Assembly: GCF_037042905.1 (NCBI RefSeq)
Contig: NC_087252.1
Location: forward strand, 21,886,001 to 21,950,000
Direction of reading: 5' to 3'
DNA length: 64,000 nt
Source of the DNA: Lytechinus pictus
Lineage: Eukaryota
Below are positions 63,277 to 64,000 of this stretch, piece by piece. Position 1 is the stretch's first letter, and each line of letters begins with the position of its first letter. The notes under the pieces were generated by a model, which saw only the letters and a list, made by a program, of their open reading frames with translations, searched no databases and was not told where the DNA came from. Position numbers and translations under genes: made by a program.

Positions 63277-63445
63277 CGTTCAATTCCGTTCCCGGCCGCG
63301 TCAGACCAAAAGACGTTAAAAGATTGGAGTTGCTGCTAACCTGTTTGGCGTTCAACGATTTAAGGGATAGAGCTTCGTCGATCTGGCTCTGCAGAGCGGC
63401 TGCCGGGCCGACGATCAATATTGGGCAAAGCTTATTTTCGGAGTA
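63277..63445 (+). mobile_element. Possible SINE remnant upstream of the B genes
   Basis: B-box-like gttcaattcc followed by cccggccgcgtcagaccaaaagac; internally deleted versions at ~22030, ~34605 and ~50655. Confidence 0.4.
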
Positions 63446-64000
63446 TTTTATTTCATTTCTATTTCGAATAATAGAATATGGATTTTCATCTTTTCTTTTC
63501 CCCTACTTTTGTTTTCTTGGTCGTGAAACTTTGGAGACTAGCGCCCAATGCCCCTGTATCTATACGGCAGCGATATCGACGTGTCCCTGATTAATTCATT
63601 CATCACCTCTGTCAAAAAAAAATTTCGTTTCTATTAGGAATATTTTTTTTCCAACTGTTCTTACAAAGACGTTGGCCTTCGCGATAAAGTGCTTCTATTC
63701 ACACCTTAAAAATGTTTTATTGTCCTAGTGGAAAGAGAAAAGGCAAGTACATGTAGGTCTATCTAAGAAGATTTTTTTTTGCAAACCAAGGCAAAGTATG
63801 GCAATGACATCAGGTGTTGGGTAACTAAAATCATTTCTGTCATTTAAGAAAACAGCTACGCTTTCGTAACAGCTTAACCTGGAAACAGAAAGAGGTTATG
63901 ACATACTTGCATATCAATTTGAATGATATTGCACCCCAAGATTTTCTCTTTCTCAAATACCCCCTTTGTCTTTGACCACGCTGCAGAATTAATTTCCTGC

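Larger units (their letters stand above)
7200..64000 (-). repeat. Tandem segmental duplication array of an A+B GPCR cassette (4 units plus the start of a fifth)
   Basis: A-gene stop codons at 8667, 23465, 36034 and 52061; intergenic sequence is colinear between units; 62560-64000 matches 21220-22710. Confidence 0.95.

Overview
AT-rich, repeat-laden metazoan DNA. The repeat families and receptor type suggest an echinoderm such as a sea urchin; this is inference, not verified. From ~7.2 kb to the window end there is a tandem segmental array of ~12-16 kb units. Each unit carries two related two-exon rhodopsin-class (class A) GPCR genes on the minus strand, alternating A1-B1-A2-B2-A3-B3-A4-B4, and a fifth unit appears to begin at the right edge. 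Every gene has exon 1 = N-terminus to TM5/ICL3 and exon 2 = TM6-TM7-tail, joined by a phase-0 GT-AG intron, giving ~361 aa proteins. They resemble histamine H3/muscarinic receptors but lack the amine-binding Asp3.32. Type A copies vary strongly in TM6-ECL3-TM7 and are mosaic, whereas type B copies are nearly invariant. B2 has a 117-bp in-frame deletion of TM4/ECL2. Mobile elements include degenerate LINE fragments (L2/CR1-group, RTE), tRNA-derived SINEs, and hAT-like and TA-flanked MITEs that differ between units. There is also a solo-LTR-like element, a 5'-truncated Penelope-like element with an inverted pLTR and hammerhead-ribozyme-like motifs, and a nested fold-back element in the A3 intron. 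The first 7 kb are satellite and decayed TE sequence.
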